Assembly (NCBI GenBank): GCA_963831715.1
Contig: CAWHRB010000001.1
Location: 15,287-79,286 of the forward strand
Direction of reading: 5' to 3'
Source of the DNA: an uncultured Chloroflexia bacterium
Lineage (GTDB): Bacteria; Chloroflexota; Limnocylindria; Limnocylindrales; CSP1-4
Length of the DNA: 64,000 nucleotides
The position numbers and the translations under genes are program-made. The notes below the pieces were generated by a model, which saw only the letters and a program-made list of their open reading frames with translations, was not told the DNA's origin and ran no database searches. This document shows positions 40,306 through 52,701 of the stretch, in pieces. Each line of letters starts with the position of its first letter. Position 1 is the first letter of the stretch.

Positions 40306-41415
40306 TCAGTCCGCCGGGCGTCGACGGCTCGGACCGGCGGACATCCGCGCTTGCTGACGGAGCAGCCGCACCACCGCCATCTCTTCGTTTCGGTCGGCCT
40401 TGGTGGGCGGAGCCGTCTGTTTCTCGGCCGCATCGACAAGGGCGCCACCAAGGCTTCCATCGAGGTACGCATCGAGCACCGCGGGGTGGACGTAGCTCCC
40501 GCGGGCGACGGCCGGGGTATTGCCGAGCTTCTCGGCGGTCAGCCGCATCGCCTCGACCACATTCCGTCGCGCCGCGGGTCCATGGTCCTCTGGCTGGAGC
40601 GCCCGCAGGGCGCGATAGGCGAGTAGCGTCCCAGCCCATGTCCGGAAGTCCTTTGCGGTGAAGTCGCCACCCGATGCTTCGCGCAGGTAGTCGTTCACGT
40701 CGTCCGAGGTGACGTCGCGGAGCTCCCCGTCCTCGTCCACGTACTGGAAGAGGTCCTGACCGGGCAGCTCCTGACAACGGCGGACGATGGCCGCGAGGCG
40801 TCGGTCGCGCAGCCCGACCTCGTGCATGGTCCCGCCCTTGCCTCGGAACCGGAAGCGCACGCTCGAGCCACGGACCTTGGCATGGCGGTCGCGCATCGTC
40901 GTGAGGCCAAAGGATCGATTGAGACGTGCATATTCGTCGTTCCCGACCCGGATCAGCGTCAGCTCGAGCAGCCGAACCACGGTGGCAAGCACCTTCGCCC
41001 GTGACAGGCCACGGCGGCCGAGGTCCTGCTCGCACCGGCGGCGGATGCGTGGCAACGCCTTGGCGAAGGCGATCATCCGCGCGAAGTTGTCGGTGCCGCG
41101 GTCCGCCCGCCAGCGCGAGTGATAGCGGTATTGCTTGCGCCCTCGAGCGTCGCGACCGGTCGCCTGCAGATGCCCGTTCGGCCATGGGCAGATCCAGACG
41201 TCTGTCCAGGCGGGCGGGATGACGATCAAGCGGATCCGTTCGAGAGCGTCCGAGTCGCGGATGGTTGCGCCGTCCATGTCGCGGTAAGTGAACCCACGCC
41301 CGGCGCGATGGCGGGTGAAGCCTGGGCGGCTGTCGGTCGAGTAACGCAGGCCGCTGGCGCGTGCGACCTCACGAGGCTCGGCGCGGCTGGCGGGTAGAGG
41401 TGATGTATCGGTCAT
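40306..41415 (-). CDS. DNA topoisomerase IB (bacterial, poxvirus-like)
   Basis: IPPAWTDVWIC, GRDARGRKQYRYH, IRVGN.EY, FRGKGG, AKDFRTW, LGNTPAV.R.SYVHP. Confidence 0.93.
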   Translation of the reverse strand: MTDTSPLPASRAEPREVARASGLRYSTDSRPGFTRHRAGRGFTYRDMDGATIRDSDALERIRLIVIPPAWTDVWICPWPNGHLQATGRDARGRKQYRYHSRWRADRGTDNFARMIAFAKALPRIRRRCEQDLGRRGLSRAKVLATVVRLLELTLIRVGNDEYARLNRSFGLTTMRDRHAKVRGSSVRFRFRGKGGTMHEVGLRDRRLAAIVRRCQELPGQDLFQYVDEDGELRDVTSDDVNDYLREASGGDFTAKDFRTWAGTLLAYRALRALQPEDHGPAARRNVVEAMRLTAEKLGNTPAVARGSYVHPAVLDAYLDGSLGGALVDAAEKQTAPPTKADRNEEMAVVRLLRQQARMSAGPSRRRPAD

Positions 41416-41647
41416 GGCGGCACGGTACGGGTGCGCGCCTCGCATGGATACGAGTCGAGGGGCTTCGCTACATGCCTGCAATCTCGCATCCAAGCCGGGT
41501 TCGGCTTGCCGATAGGGACCATGTCGATACTGGAACTCGGTCCTGTCGCGACTCCTGCTCTGGGGGACGGTCGCGATAGGACTCCTTTCTACTCGGCGAA
41601 CCGAGCCCGCAGGCGACGGTCGACCGGCCCCGCAGGAGACCCCGGTC

Positions 41648-42619
41648 ATGGACGCAGTCACCATCGACGGTGCATCGAAGCACTTCGGCGACGAGGTCGC
41701 CTTGAGCGACGTCACGATCTCCGTCCCGGAAGGTTCGATCCTCGGGATCATCGGGCCGTCCGGCGCGGGCAAGACCACACTGGTTCGCCTCATGACCGGT
41801 GCGCTCGCCCCGTCCGAGGGCGAGATCCGGGTCATGGGCGAGGACCCGCAACACCTGAAGCGGCGCACACGCGAGCGAATCGGCTACATGCCCCAGCTGT
41901 TCGCTCTTTACCCCGACCTCACGGCCCGCGAGAACGTCGATTTCGTGGCTTCTCTGTTCGGCCTGCTGTGGTGGCGCCGCCGACGGCGGACGCGTCAGGT
42001 GCTCGAGCTGGTGGACCTGTGGGACGCGCGCAAGAGACGCGCGGGCCGTCTATCGGGCGGCATGCAGCGACGTCTCGAGCTTGCCTCCGCCCTGGTGCAC
42101 GACCCACAGATCCTGTTCCTCGACGAGCCGACTGCGGGGATCGACCCGTTGCTGCGTGCCACGATCTGGCACGAGCTGACGCGGCTCCGCGACGCCGGCC
42201 GGACATTGCTGGTGACCACCCAATACGTGGGCGAGGCCGAGCGCTGCGACGCCGTTCTCCTCATCGCGGACGGCAGGGTCATCGCGATCGGCACGCCCGA
42301 CGAGCTGCGCCGGTCGGCGATCGGCGGCGACCTGGTGGAGATCGAGACCTCCGAGCCGATCGACGCCAGCGCCCTGCGCAGCATCGGCGGCATCCGGCGT
42401 ATCGAGCAGCGCGGGCCGAACGAGATCCGGGCGACCGTCGACGAAGCGTCCAAGATCCTTCCGGAGATCGTCGAGGCGATCAATGCGCTCGGGATCGACG
42501 TCGGTTCTGCTGCGGAGGCGCGCCCCTCCTACGACGAGGTCTTCGCCATCCTCGTCGAGCGGGCGCGGTCATCCCCGCCGGATCGAGAACGCGCCGCCGG
42601 CGGCGAGCGAGCCGCCTGA
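41648..42619 (+). CDS. ABC-2 exporter ATP-binding protein
   Basis: Walker A GPSGAGKT, LSGGMQ, LFLDEPT. Confidence 0.93.
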   Translation: MDAVTIDGASKHFGDEVALSDVTISVPEGSILGIIGPSGAGKTTLVRLMTGALAPSEGEIRVMGEDPQHLKRRTRERIGYMPQLFALYPDLTARENVDFVASLFGLLWWRRRRRTRQVLELVDLWDARKRRAGRLSGGMQRRLELASALVHDPQILFLDEPTAGIDPLLRATIWHELTRLRDAGRTLLVTTQYVGEAERCDAVLLIADGRVIAIGTPDELRRSAIGGDLVEIETSEPIDASALRSIGGIRRIEQRGPNEIRATVDEASKILPEIVEAINALGIDVGSAAEARPSYDEVFAILVERARSSPPDRERAAGGERAA

Positions 42620-43812
42620 TGCGGACCATCCTCACCACCATCTGGCGGCTGCTCGCCTTCGTCGGCAAGGAACTCGTCGAGACGGTTCGGCGACCAGGCG
42701 CGATCGTGAGCCTTGTGGTAGGCCCATTCCTGATCATGGCCGTGTTCGGGCTGGGCTTCAGCGGCATCCGGCGTCCGCTCGAGACGATCGTCGTGATCCC
42801 GCCAGCGAGCCAGCTCCCCGCGACCGAGGCCGACTACCAGGAGCTCGCCGGACCTGCCCTCCACATCGCCGGCGTCGTCCAGGATCGGACCGAGGCCGAG
42901 GCGAGCCTGCGAGCCGGTGACATCGACCTCGTGGTGGTCGCTCCCGAGGATCCCGAAGGCGCCTTCCGGGCGGGCAAGCGCTCGACGATCGAGATCCTGG
43001 TCGACGAGGTGGACCCCGTGGCCGAGAACTACGCCACCATCCTCGGAGGCGCCCTGGCGGATGCGGTGAACCGACAGATCATCGAGCAGGCCGTCGAGGA
43101 GGGTCAGGGCTACGCGGTCCAAGCCGGCGAGGAGGCAGTCGAGGCACTGTCACCGGAGGTGGTCGCCGCGCCGACCGAGGCCCGCCTTGCCAACCTCGCA
43201 CCACAGAGCCCGACCGTCACGTCGTTTTTCGGACCGGCCGTCCTCGCGTTGATCCTCCAACACCTCGCCGTGACCCTCGTCTCGATGTCGCTCGTGCGCG
43301 AACGCTCCAGCGGTGTGATGGAACTGTTCCGGATCGCCCCGGTCACCGCCTCCGAGGTACTCGCGGGCAAGGTGCTGGCCTTCGGCCTGCTCGGCTTCGT
43401 TGTCGCCGGGCTGACGATCGTGCTGATGGTGACCTTCCTTGGCGTGCCGTCACTGGCCGATCCGGGGGCGCTCGCCGGCGTCGTCGGTCTGCTGCTCCTG
43501 GCGTCCCTCGGGTTCGGGCTGTTGATCGCCGTCGTCTCCGACTCCGAGCGGCAAGCCGTGCAGCTGTCTCTGCTGGTGCTGCTCGCATCGGTGTTCTTCA
43601 GCGGCTTCGTCCTGGCGATCGACCAGTTCACGCCACCCGTGCGCGCAATCGCGTATGCGCTACCTGTGACCCACGGGATCGAGCTGCTCCAGGACGTGAT
43701 GCTGCGCGGCTCGACGAACAACCTGTGGCAGGCTGGCGCGCTCGGCGTGATCGCCGCAGTGACGCTGATCGCGGCCTGGCTCCTGCTGCGCCGCAATATG
43801 CGAACGGCCTAG
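42619..43812 (+). CDS. ABC-2 exporter permease
   Basis: ATG overlaps the upstream stop; VRERSSG.ME, GKVL, FFSGF, LPVTH; multiple TMs. Confidence 0.9.
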   Translation: MRTILTTIWRLLAFVGKELVETVRRPGAIVSLVVGPFLIMAVFGLGFSGIRRPLETIVVIPPASQLPATEADYQELAGPALHIAGVVQDRTEAEASLRAGDIDLVVVAPEDPEGAFRAGKRSTIEILVDEVDPVAENYATILGGALADAVNRQIIEQAVEEGQGYAVQAGEEAVEALSPEVVAAPTEARLANLAPQSPTVTSFFGPAVLALILQHLAVTLVSMSLVRERSSGVMELFRIAPVTASEVLAGKVLAFGLLGFVVAGLTIVLMVTFLGVPSLADPGALAGVVGLLLLASLGFGLLIAVVSDSERQAVQLSLLVLLASVFFSGFVLAIDQFTPPVRAIAYALPVTHGIELLQDVMLRGSTNNLWQAGALGVIAAVTLIAAWLLLRRNMRTA

Positions 43813-43924
43813 TAGCTCCGCTGCGCTGCCACGGGGCTGCAACGCCCGCTCGCGCGATGCGCGCCATGCCGTTGCGGCCTCCCTGCCACCGTGTCATCAG
43901 CGACCTCCCGCATGGAGAAGCCCG

Positions 43925-44110
43925 ATGACCGACGAACGAACCAACGAGTTCCCGGGGACGCATACAGATGACGACGAGACGGGCGAGGACGCCAGGGACG
44001 CCGTCGACCGCGAGCCGCAGCCCCACAAGGACGAGCCGAACCCGCTGCTGCGCGAGGGCGCGAACGCCCCCGACGCCGCGGACATCGAGGACCCTGACGA
44101 GCAGCTATGA
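43925..44110 (+). CDS. Small acidic hydrophilic protein
   Basis: RBS GGAGA; 61 aa D/E-rich. Confidence 0.55.
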   Translation: MTDERTNEFPGTHTDDDETGEDARDAVDREPQPHKDEPNPLLREGANAPDAADIEDPDEQL

Positions 44111-44158
44111 GAGCGGCAGCGTCGATGTCGATGGACGGTCGACTGCTCGACTGATCGA

Positions 44159-45139
44159 CTACACCAACGCCGCGGCTGTCGGCGTACCGACCCGAGGCAG
44201 CACGTCGCGTGCCGCGAACTCGATGAAGCCAGCCTGATCCGGGCCGATCTGATGGATGTACACGTGGTCATAGCCGGCGTCGGTGTACTCCTGGATGCGC
44301 TCCAGATGGCGGTCGGCGTCCGGACTGCACAGGATGGCCTCGGCCACTTGGTCCTCAGTGACACTCTTGACGAGAGCGGTGAATTGCGATGGGTTCGGTA
44401 GCTCCTGGCTGACCTCGCCGTGGAGCGCTGCCGTCGGCCACCACTCGTGGGCCTTCTTGCGAGCCTTGCTCTCCGATTCGGCCCAGCAGACCGACATCTG
44501 ACCGATCAGCGGACCCGTCCCTCCCGCGTCCCTATAGGCGTCGAGCACCTTGCGGTCCGGCGCTGTCGAGATCAGGCCCTCGCCCAGCCGAGCGGCGATG
44601 CGGGCCATCTTTGCACCGCCGGCCGCGATCCTAACCGGTGGAAGCGTCTCAGGCAGCGTGTACAACTGCGCGTTCTGCACACGGTAGTACCCGCTCCCAT
44701 GGCGACTGACGATCTCCCCGGTCCACAGGTCGCGAATGACCTCCACGGCCTCCTCCAGCATCTCGGCACGGACATCCCATTCCGGCCACGCCTGGCCGAG
44801 GACGTGTTCGTTGAGGTTCTCGCCCGTCCCGAGGCCGAGGAAGAAGCGACCGGGCATCAGGTCGGCGGCGGTCGCCGCCGCGTGCGCGATGATCGCGGGA
44901 TGGATGCGCAGCGTCGGGCAGGTCACCCCCGTGCCGACTACGAGCCGATCCGTGGCCTGGGCGATGGCGCCGAGAACGCCCCACACGAACGAGCTGTGCG
45001 GATGCCGCTCGATCCACGGATGGTAGTGGTCGGAGATGAGGGCGAAGGTGAAACCCGCCTCCTCGGCCTTGCGAGCATTGCGGACGAGGTCGCGAGGGCC
45101 GTGCTCCTCGCTCGATAGGGCGTAGCCGATCGCCGTCAC
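44159..45139 (-). CDS. F420-dependent LLM oxidoreductase, G6PDH family (TIGR03557-like)
   Basis: GYALSSEEH.P, ISDHYHPW, GTGVTCP, GLGTGENLNEH, HQIGP.Q; GTG start. Confidence 0.9.
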   Translation of the reverse strand: MTAIGYALSSEEHGPRDLVRNARKAEEAGFTFALISDHYHPWIERHPHSSFVWGVLGAIAQATDRLVVGTGVTCPTLRIHPAIIAHAAATAADLMPGRFFLGLGTGENLNEHVLGQAWPEWDVRAEMLEEAVEVIRDLWTGEIVSRHGSGYYRVQNAQLYTLPETLPPVRIAAGGAKMARIAARLGEGLISTAPDRKVLDAYRDAGGTGPLIGQMSVCWAESESKARKKAHEWWPTAALHGEVSQELPNPSQFTALVKSVTEDQVAEAILCSPDADRHLERIQEYTDAGYDHVYIHQIGPDQAGFIEFAARDVLPRVGTPTAAALV

Positions 45140-45309
45140 TTGGTCCGCTCCCGCTGGTCCTTGGTCTCGCCCGCTTCGCGGCGTTCCTTGTTGACCGTCC
45201 GGGCGGCTCGCTCCTCGGCTTCGTCCTCCTTCACGCCACGGTCCTCGTACGAGTCCTTGATGTGCTCGTACTGGCGTTCGCGCTTGTCGCTCCAGGCCTT
45301 CTGCGGCAT
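45136..45309 (-). CDS. Small conserved protein (often annotated 'plasmid stabilization protein'); not in the ORF track
   Basis: RBS AAGGAGG; MPQKAWSDKRERQYEHIKDSYEDRG...AEERAARTVNKER..GE; stop overlaps the next GTG. Confidence 0.8.
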   Translation of the reverse strand: MPQKAWSDKRERQYEHIKDSYEDRGVKEDEAEERAARTVNKERREAGETKDQRERTK

Positions 45310-45436
45310 GACTCGATCCTCCTTCGGCCGTTCGGGTCGGCACGCGCGGACGCGGCCGTCGTCCTACGGTCGATGAGGACGCGTCAGCGATGCCCGGCAG
45401 TGGGTTCGCGACCGCGTCGCAGCCGCGTGGCAAGTC

Positions 45437-46579
45437 TCAGGCGGGGACTTCCGCCGCTCCGGCTGGTCCGGCCTGGGGCTCAGCCACGATCGGGACCGGG
45501 ACGCGGCGACGCGACGACGACCCGCCGCCCAGCATCTCGCGGTAGATCGCCTCGTAGCCATCGGTCATCCGCTCCACCGAGAAGCGCTCGATGACCGAAT
45601 CCCTGATGGCCTGGCGGTCAAGCTCGTCCACGCGGTCGACGCGGAACGCCATCGCACGTATGTCATCACCGAAGAAGCCGTCGATGCCGTCGCGCACGAG
45701 CTCTGGCAGTGCCCCGGTCGGTCGAGCGATGACCGGTGTGCCGCAGGCCAGCGCCTCGATGGCGACGAGACCGAACGGCTCCGGCCATGAGCCGGGCATC
45801 AGGGCCGCATAGCTCTCGGCGAACAGCTGGTCCCTCTCCGCCTGCGATATCTCGCCGAGGTACTCGACCGAGTCGCCGGCCGCTTTGAGAGCCGGGTGGA
45901 AGACCTCATCGAAATACTCGCGCTCGAGGCCGCCGGCGGCGACCTTGGCGGCGATCTTCAGGGGACGCCCGGCCGCCTTGGCGATCTCGATCGACTCGAC
46001 GATGCCCTTCTCGGGGGCGACCCGCCCGACGAAGCACAGCGCGTCCGTGCGCGCCTTGCCGAATGGCGACTCCGAGAGGCGGAGCCCGTTGTGGACGACG
46101 CCCGCCCACGGGATGTCCGGGTGGGTCGACGCCTGGTTCCGGCTGATGGCGACGAGACCGCGCGGCGGGTCTTCCAACAAGGCTTCGGCCCACGGAAAAT
46201 CGAGGCGACCGTGGAACGTGGACACGACGGGCAGCGGCGAGACCCTCGCCAGCAGCAAGCTCACCCACTCGAGGTGGCTGTGGATCAGGTCGAACTCCTG
46301 GACGTGGGCGAGGACCGCTTGGAGGGTCTGCTGCATGTACGGCAGCGAGTCACCCGTGTAGCCGATCGGCCGCAGGGCCTTCGCTACGGTCTCGATGTGG
46401 CGGCCGGGTACCACCGAGTCGCCGCTGGCGAACGTCGTGACGGCGTGGCCCCGGCGATCGAGCTCGGTGACCAGGCCGTGCACGATCCGCTCGGTCCCGC
46501 CATATGCCCCGGGCGGAACGCGTTCGAATGGAGGGGCGACCTGGGCGATTCGCAGTCGATCTGGCAACAGAGGCTCCAA
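45437..46579 (-). CDS. Glycosyltransferase family 4
   Basis: RIAQVAP...VPP..YGGTER, DLIHSH, GRVAPEKG, WPEPFGLV.IEALACGTPV; start uncertain (TTG). Confidence 0.9.
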   Translation of the reverse strand: MEPLLPDRLRIAQVAPPFERVPPGAYGGTERIVHGLVTELDRRGHAVTTFASGDSVVPGRHIETVAKALRPIGYTGDSLPYMQQTLQAVLAHVQEFDLIHSHLEWVSLLLARVSPLPVVSTFHGRLDFPWAEALLEDPPRGLVAISRNQASTHPDIPWAGVVHNGLRLSESPFGKARTDALCFVGRVAPEKGIVESIEIAKAAGRPLKIAAKVAAGGLEREYFDEVFHPALKAAGDSVEYLGEISQAERDQLFAESYAALMPGSWPEPFGLVAIEALACGTPVIARPTGALPELVRDGIDGFFGDDIRAMAFRVDRVDELDRQAIRDSVIERFSVERMTDGYEAIYREMLGGGSSSRRRVPVPIVAEPQAGPAGAAEVPA

Positions 46580-46760
46580 GACTAGGGTGACCGCGGGACC
46601 CTGCGAGCACGATCCGCGGTCGTAGTGTCTCACTACCGGTGGCAACGAGGCGATTCGCGGGTCCGTAGACGGATACACCCCGCGTATCAGCCGGATATCA
46701 GCCTCCAAAGCGCGGTGGGTCATACTCCTGCCGACTTCGCGGACCCGCAGGGAGAGCGCG

Positions 46761-48371
46761 TTGACGGATCACGTTCCGGGGACGGCAGCCAAAGCCTCAG
46801 GCCGCGCCAAGGGCGAGATCGCCCGGACACGCGACGTCCGGCTCGAGACCGGGCAGGCCATCCTCGCCGGTCTGTTCATCGGGTGGCTCGCGATCGCGAC
46901 GAAGGCGGCGATCAACGAGGCCGTCGAGGCCAACTCCTATTACGTGATCCTGATGGCAGCGGCCGTGCTGGCGGCCTGGTTCGGCGGCCTCTCCGGCGGC
47001 ATCAGCGCGGTCGTCACGACCGTAGTCCTCAACCAGGTCGTCTTCGTCGGCAACGAGAGCCAGCCGAGCGCCGCCCAGTTCCTGCAGGCGCTCTACCTGG
47101 TGACCGCGACGGCGACCGTCCTCCTGGTGGCATCGCGCCGTGCCGCCACCGATCGCCTCGCGGATGCGTTGGCTGAGGTTTCGGCATTGGCAGTCGAGGT
47201 CGAGGCGCGGGACGCCCGGCTCGAGCTGATGCTGTCGGCGTCCGGCACAGGCTTCTGGGAATGGGACATCGACACGGGCGTGCTGACCTGGTCCGAAGCG
47301 ATCTTCCGGCAGCATGGTCTCGAACCGGGTCCCGCGGCACCGGAGTTCGCCGCGTACCTGGACATGATCCACCCGGACGACCGCGCGACGTTCGAGAGTG
47401 CCATCGCCTCGGCGCTCGACGACGTAGGCAGCTTCTCGCTCGACTTCCGCGTCGTCTGGCCGGACGGCTCGATCCATTGGACCCACGGCGCCGGCAGGAT
47501 CTTCAGGGACGACACCGGCCGGCCGATCCGCATGATCGGCACGGGCCAGGACATCACCGACCGGCGACGGATCTCGGAGGAGCGCGACCGGTTGCTCGAC
47601 GACGAGCGACGAGCCGGCGCCTTCCGTGAGGCATTCGTGGATGTCATCAGCCATGAGCTGCGGACGCCGATCACGACGATCATGGGCCTCGCCCAGATCC
47701 TGGCTCGGCCGGGACGCACCGATGACGAGGCGTCGCGGATGGCGCTGCTCGAAGACGTCCGCTCCGAATCGGAGCGACTGCATCGACTGGTCGAGGACCT
47801 GGTCGTCCTCAGCCGCGTCGAACGCGGGCGGCTCGAGGTGGAGGCCGAGCCCATCGAGGCGCGCCGGCTCATCGAGCGCATCGTCACGCAGGAGGGGCGG
47901 GAGCTGCCGAGCATCACCGTCGAGACGGATCTCGACCTCGACCTGCCGATCGTCGCGGGCGAGTCGACCTACGTCGAGCAGATCGTCCGCAACCTGCTGA
48001 ACAACGCCGCGAAGTACTCGCCGACGGGAAGCCGGGTGGTGGTGTCGGCGAAGAAGGTCGACGCCGCCGTCGAGGTCCGGGTGACCGACGATGGGCCGGG
48101 CATCCCGCTCTCCTCGCTCGATCGGATCTTCGAGCTCTTCTACCGCGACCCGACCAGTTCGCGCGTCGTGGCCGGCTCGGGCATCGGCCTGTTCGTCTGT
48201 GCCAGCCTGGTCGAGGCGATGGGCGGGCGGATCTGGGCGCGGCGGCCGGAGGATGGCGGCACGGAAATCGGCTTCAGCCTGCGCGTGCTCGAGCCGGATC
48301 CATCGGACGACCATGAATGGGTCGCGGATCCGACACCAGCCCTTAGCGAGGGAACGACCCAAGCCGGCTGA
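46761..48371 (+). CDS. Membrane sensor histidine kinase (DUF4118-like TM + PAS + HisKA + HATPase)
   Basis: Four TMs, GFWEWD..WS...IHPDDR PAS, SHELRTP, RNLLNNAAKY, DDGPGI, GSGIGLFVC. Confidence 0.92.
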   Translation: MTDHVPGTAAKASGRAKGEIARTRDVRLETGQAILAGLFIGWLAIATKAAINEAVEANSYYVILMAAAVLAAWFGGLSGGISAVVTTVVLNQVVFVGNESQPSAAQFLQALYLVTATATVLLVASRRAATDRLADALAEVSALAVEVEARDARLELMLSASGTGFWEWDIDTGVLTWSEAIFRQHGLEPGPAAPEFAAYLDMIHPDDRATFESAIASALDDVGSFSLDFRVVWPDGSIHWTHGAGRIFRDDTGRPIRMIGTGQDITDRRRISEERDRLLDDERRAGAFREAFVDVISHELRTPITTIMGLAQILARPGRTDDEASRMALLEDVRSESERLHRLVEDLVVLSRVERGRLEVEAEPIEARRLIERIVTQEGRELPSITVETDLDLDLPIVAGESTYVEQIVRNLLNNAAKYSPTGSRVVVSAKKVDAAVEVRVTDDGPGIPLSSLDRIFELFYRDPTSSRVVAGSGIGLFVCASLVEAMGGRIWARRPEDGGTEIGFSLRVLEPDPSDDHEWVADPTPALSEGTTQAG

Positions 48372-48386
48372 GTCGATCGCCCTCGA

Positions 48387-51077
<2,691 letters not shown>

Positions 51078-51130
51078 GCTCGTGCCTATCGTAGGGCGGT
51101 CCGTCGTCGAGCGGAGGTTGCGGGTGGGAC

Positions 51131-51520
51131 CTACTCCGTCCCGGGACTGTCCTGCGCCCTGCCTTCCAGGCGGAGCGTGGTGTCGAGGATGTCGTCACGG
51201 ACCATCGACCGCGTCGAGGGATCGCCCGCGTACTTGCGCTCCAATGCGGCCGAGGTCCGGGCGGTGGAGTCGGGATCGCGCGCCGGGATCGCCCGGGCGG
51301 GGATCCGCCGCTTGCCGACGTGGATCGCGACCTCGGGGTTCGCCTGGGCCTCCCGGTACCAGCGAGCCGTCGGACCCCGCCAGGAGCGGACGAACACATC
51401 GTCGCCGTCGACGACGGCCCAGATGATCGTCCGATGGATCGGACCATCCGCACGGGAGGTCTCGATGCGGACGGTCTTCGCCCGCTCGATGAGGTCCAGG
51501 TCGTCCTTCGTCAAGGTCAT
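51131..51520 (-). CDS. DUF2255-like protein
   Basis: RADG..HRTIIW.V...D.VFVRS..G....WYR. Confidence 0.75.
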   Translation of the reverse strand: MTLTKDDLDLIERAKTVRIETSRADGPIHRTIIWAVVDGDDVFVRSWRGPTARWYREAQANPEVAIHVGKRRIPARAIPARDPDSTARTSAALERKYAGDPSTRSMVRDDILDTTLRLEGRAQDSPGTE

Positions 51521-51589
51521 GGCTGCAGGGTAGCAACGCCCGAAAGCGCGTGTCGCTGCGCTCGTCGCGGTCTGCGCGACCGAGCGTCC

Positions 51590-51617
51590 TGTAATGCCGA
51601 TGTAGCGGTTTTGCAAT
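51590..51617 (+). promoter_or_regulatory. Triple 11-bp-period direct repeat (OmpR-type box)
   Basis: TGTAAT-gccga-TGTAGC-ggttt-TGCAAT upstream of the small membrane protein and response regulator; similar boxes at 34053, 37522, 39348, 43827, 45416(-). Confidence 0.55.
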
Positions 51618-51684
51618 GTCGGTCGGCCATGGGCGGCAGGGGTCCGCCGGGATGCTGGGCTTCCCTGTAGGAGATCCGATCGAC

Positions 51685-51876
51685 ATGACCGAACATCGCG
51701 ACACCGTCGTCGTCAAGGATGGCGGCTCCAGCACCGGGGTGATCCTCGGGATCATCGCCATCATCATCGTGCTCGCCCTCGGGTGGTATTTCCTGATGGG
51801 TCCTGGCGCGGGTGCGACCAGCCAGCCCACCGACATCAACGTCAACGTCGAGTTGCCGAGCGTCGCGCCGTCCTGA
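51685..51876 (+). CDS. Small single-TM membrane protein
   Basis: RBS AGGAGA; GGSSTGVILGIIAIIIVLALGWYF. Confidence 0.7.
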   Translation: MTEHRDTVVVKDGGSSTGVILGIIAIIIVLALGWYFLMGPGAGATSQPTDINVNVELPSVAPS

Positions 51877-51936
51877 CCGACGTTCCGCTGACGTATCGGA
51901 CGCTTGTCCGGCACCATTGACCCCAGGAGGTGCCAT

Positions 51937-52692
51937 GTGAGTACCCAGCCCCTCGTCCTCGTCGCCGACGACGAGCCTCGCATCACGAAGCTCGTTTCGA
52001 TCGCGCTCGGTGAGGAAGGGTTCCGCGTCGTGACTGCCAGCGGTGGTGAGGACGCCCTCCAGAAGGCCGAGGAGGTTCGGCCCGACATCGTCCTCCTCGA
52101 CATCGTCATGCCCGACCTAGATGGGATCGAGGTCATGCGCCAGCTGCGCGAGCGCCGACCCGTGGCGGTCATCCTGCTCACGGCCAAGGGCTCGACCGCC
52201 GACAAGGCGAAGGGCTTGGACCTCGGCGCCGACGACTACATCGCCAAGCCGTTCCACCCCGACGAGCTCGCTGCGCGCGTGCGCGCTGTGTTGCGTCGAT
52301 CCTCGGGCGCCAGCCCGGGTTCGGGCGTGCTCGCCTTCGACGACATCGAGATCGACCTCGAGCGGCGGATGGTGACCCGCAACGGGGAACTGGTACAACT
52401 CTCCCGCACGGAATGGCTGCTGTTGCAACACCTGGCCGCGAATGCCGGCAAGGTCGTGCTGCATACCGAGCTGCTCACCAAGGTGTGGGGCCCGGAGTAC
52501 CGCGACGACCTCCAGTACCTCCGGGTCTGGGTCTCGCGTGTCCGTCGCAAGCTTGGCGCTGAGCCTGGCGAGCCGGGCCGGATCAAGACCTTCCAGGGCA
52601 TCGGCTACCTGCTCGACGTCGAGCCGCCGACGCCGCCGGAGACCGTCGAGCCGACCCCCCAGAAGGACGAGGAGTCGGCGCTCATCGGCTAG
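51937..52692 (+). CDS. OmpR/KdpE-family response regulator
   Basis: RBS AGGAGG; LVADDE, LLDIVMP, LTAK, GADDYIAKPF; wHTH ELL.KVWG..Y....YLRVWVSR.RRKL, GIGY. Confidence 0.94.
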   Translation: MSTQPLVLVADDEPRITKLVSIALGEEGFRVVTASGGEDALQKAEEVRPDIVLLDIVMPDLDGIEVMRQLRERRPVAVILLTAKGSTADKAKGLDLGADDYIAKPFHPDELAARVRAVLRRSSGASPGSGVLAFDDIEIDLERRMVTRNGELVQLSRTEWLLLQHLAANAGKVVLHTELLTKVWGPEYRDDLQYLRVWVSRVRRKLGAEPGEPGRIKTFQGIGYLLDVEPPTPPETVEPTPQKDEESALIG

Positions 52693-52701
52693 GCTCCGTC
52701 G

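Noticed and set aside
40306-41415. Tyrosine recombinase/integrase marking a mobile element
   Set aside because: The motifs (GRKQYRYH, RVGN, KDFRTW, LGNT..V.R.SY) are those of topoisomerase IB, and I saw no att sites.
45136-45309. Plasmid or toxin-antitoxin evidence from the 'plasmid stabilization protein' label
   Set aside because: No ParE/RelE-like motif or antitoxin partner is visible, and the context is chromosomal (aceE, PBP1A).
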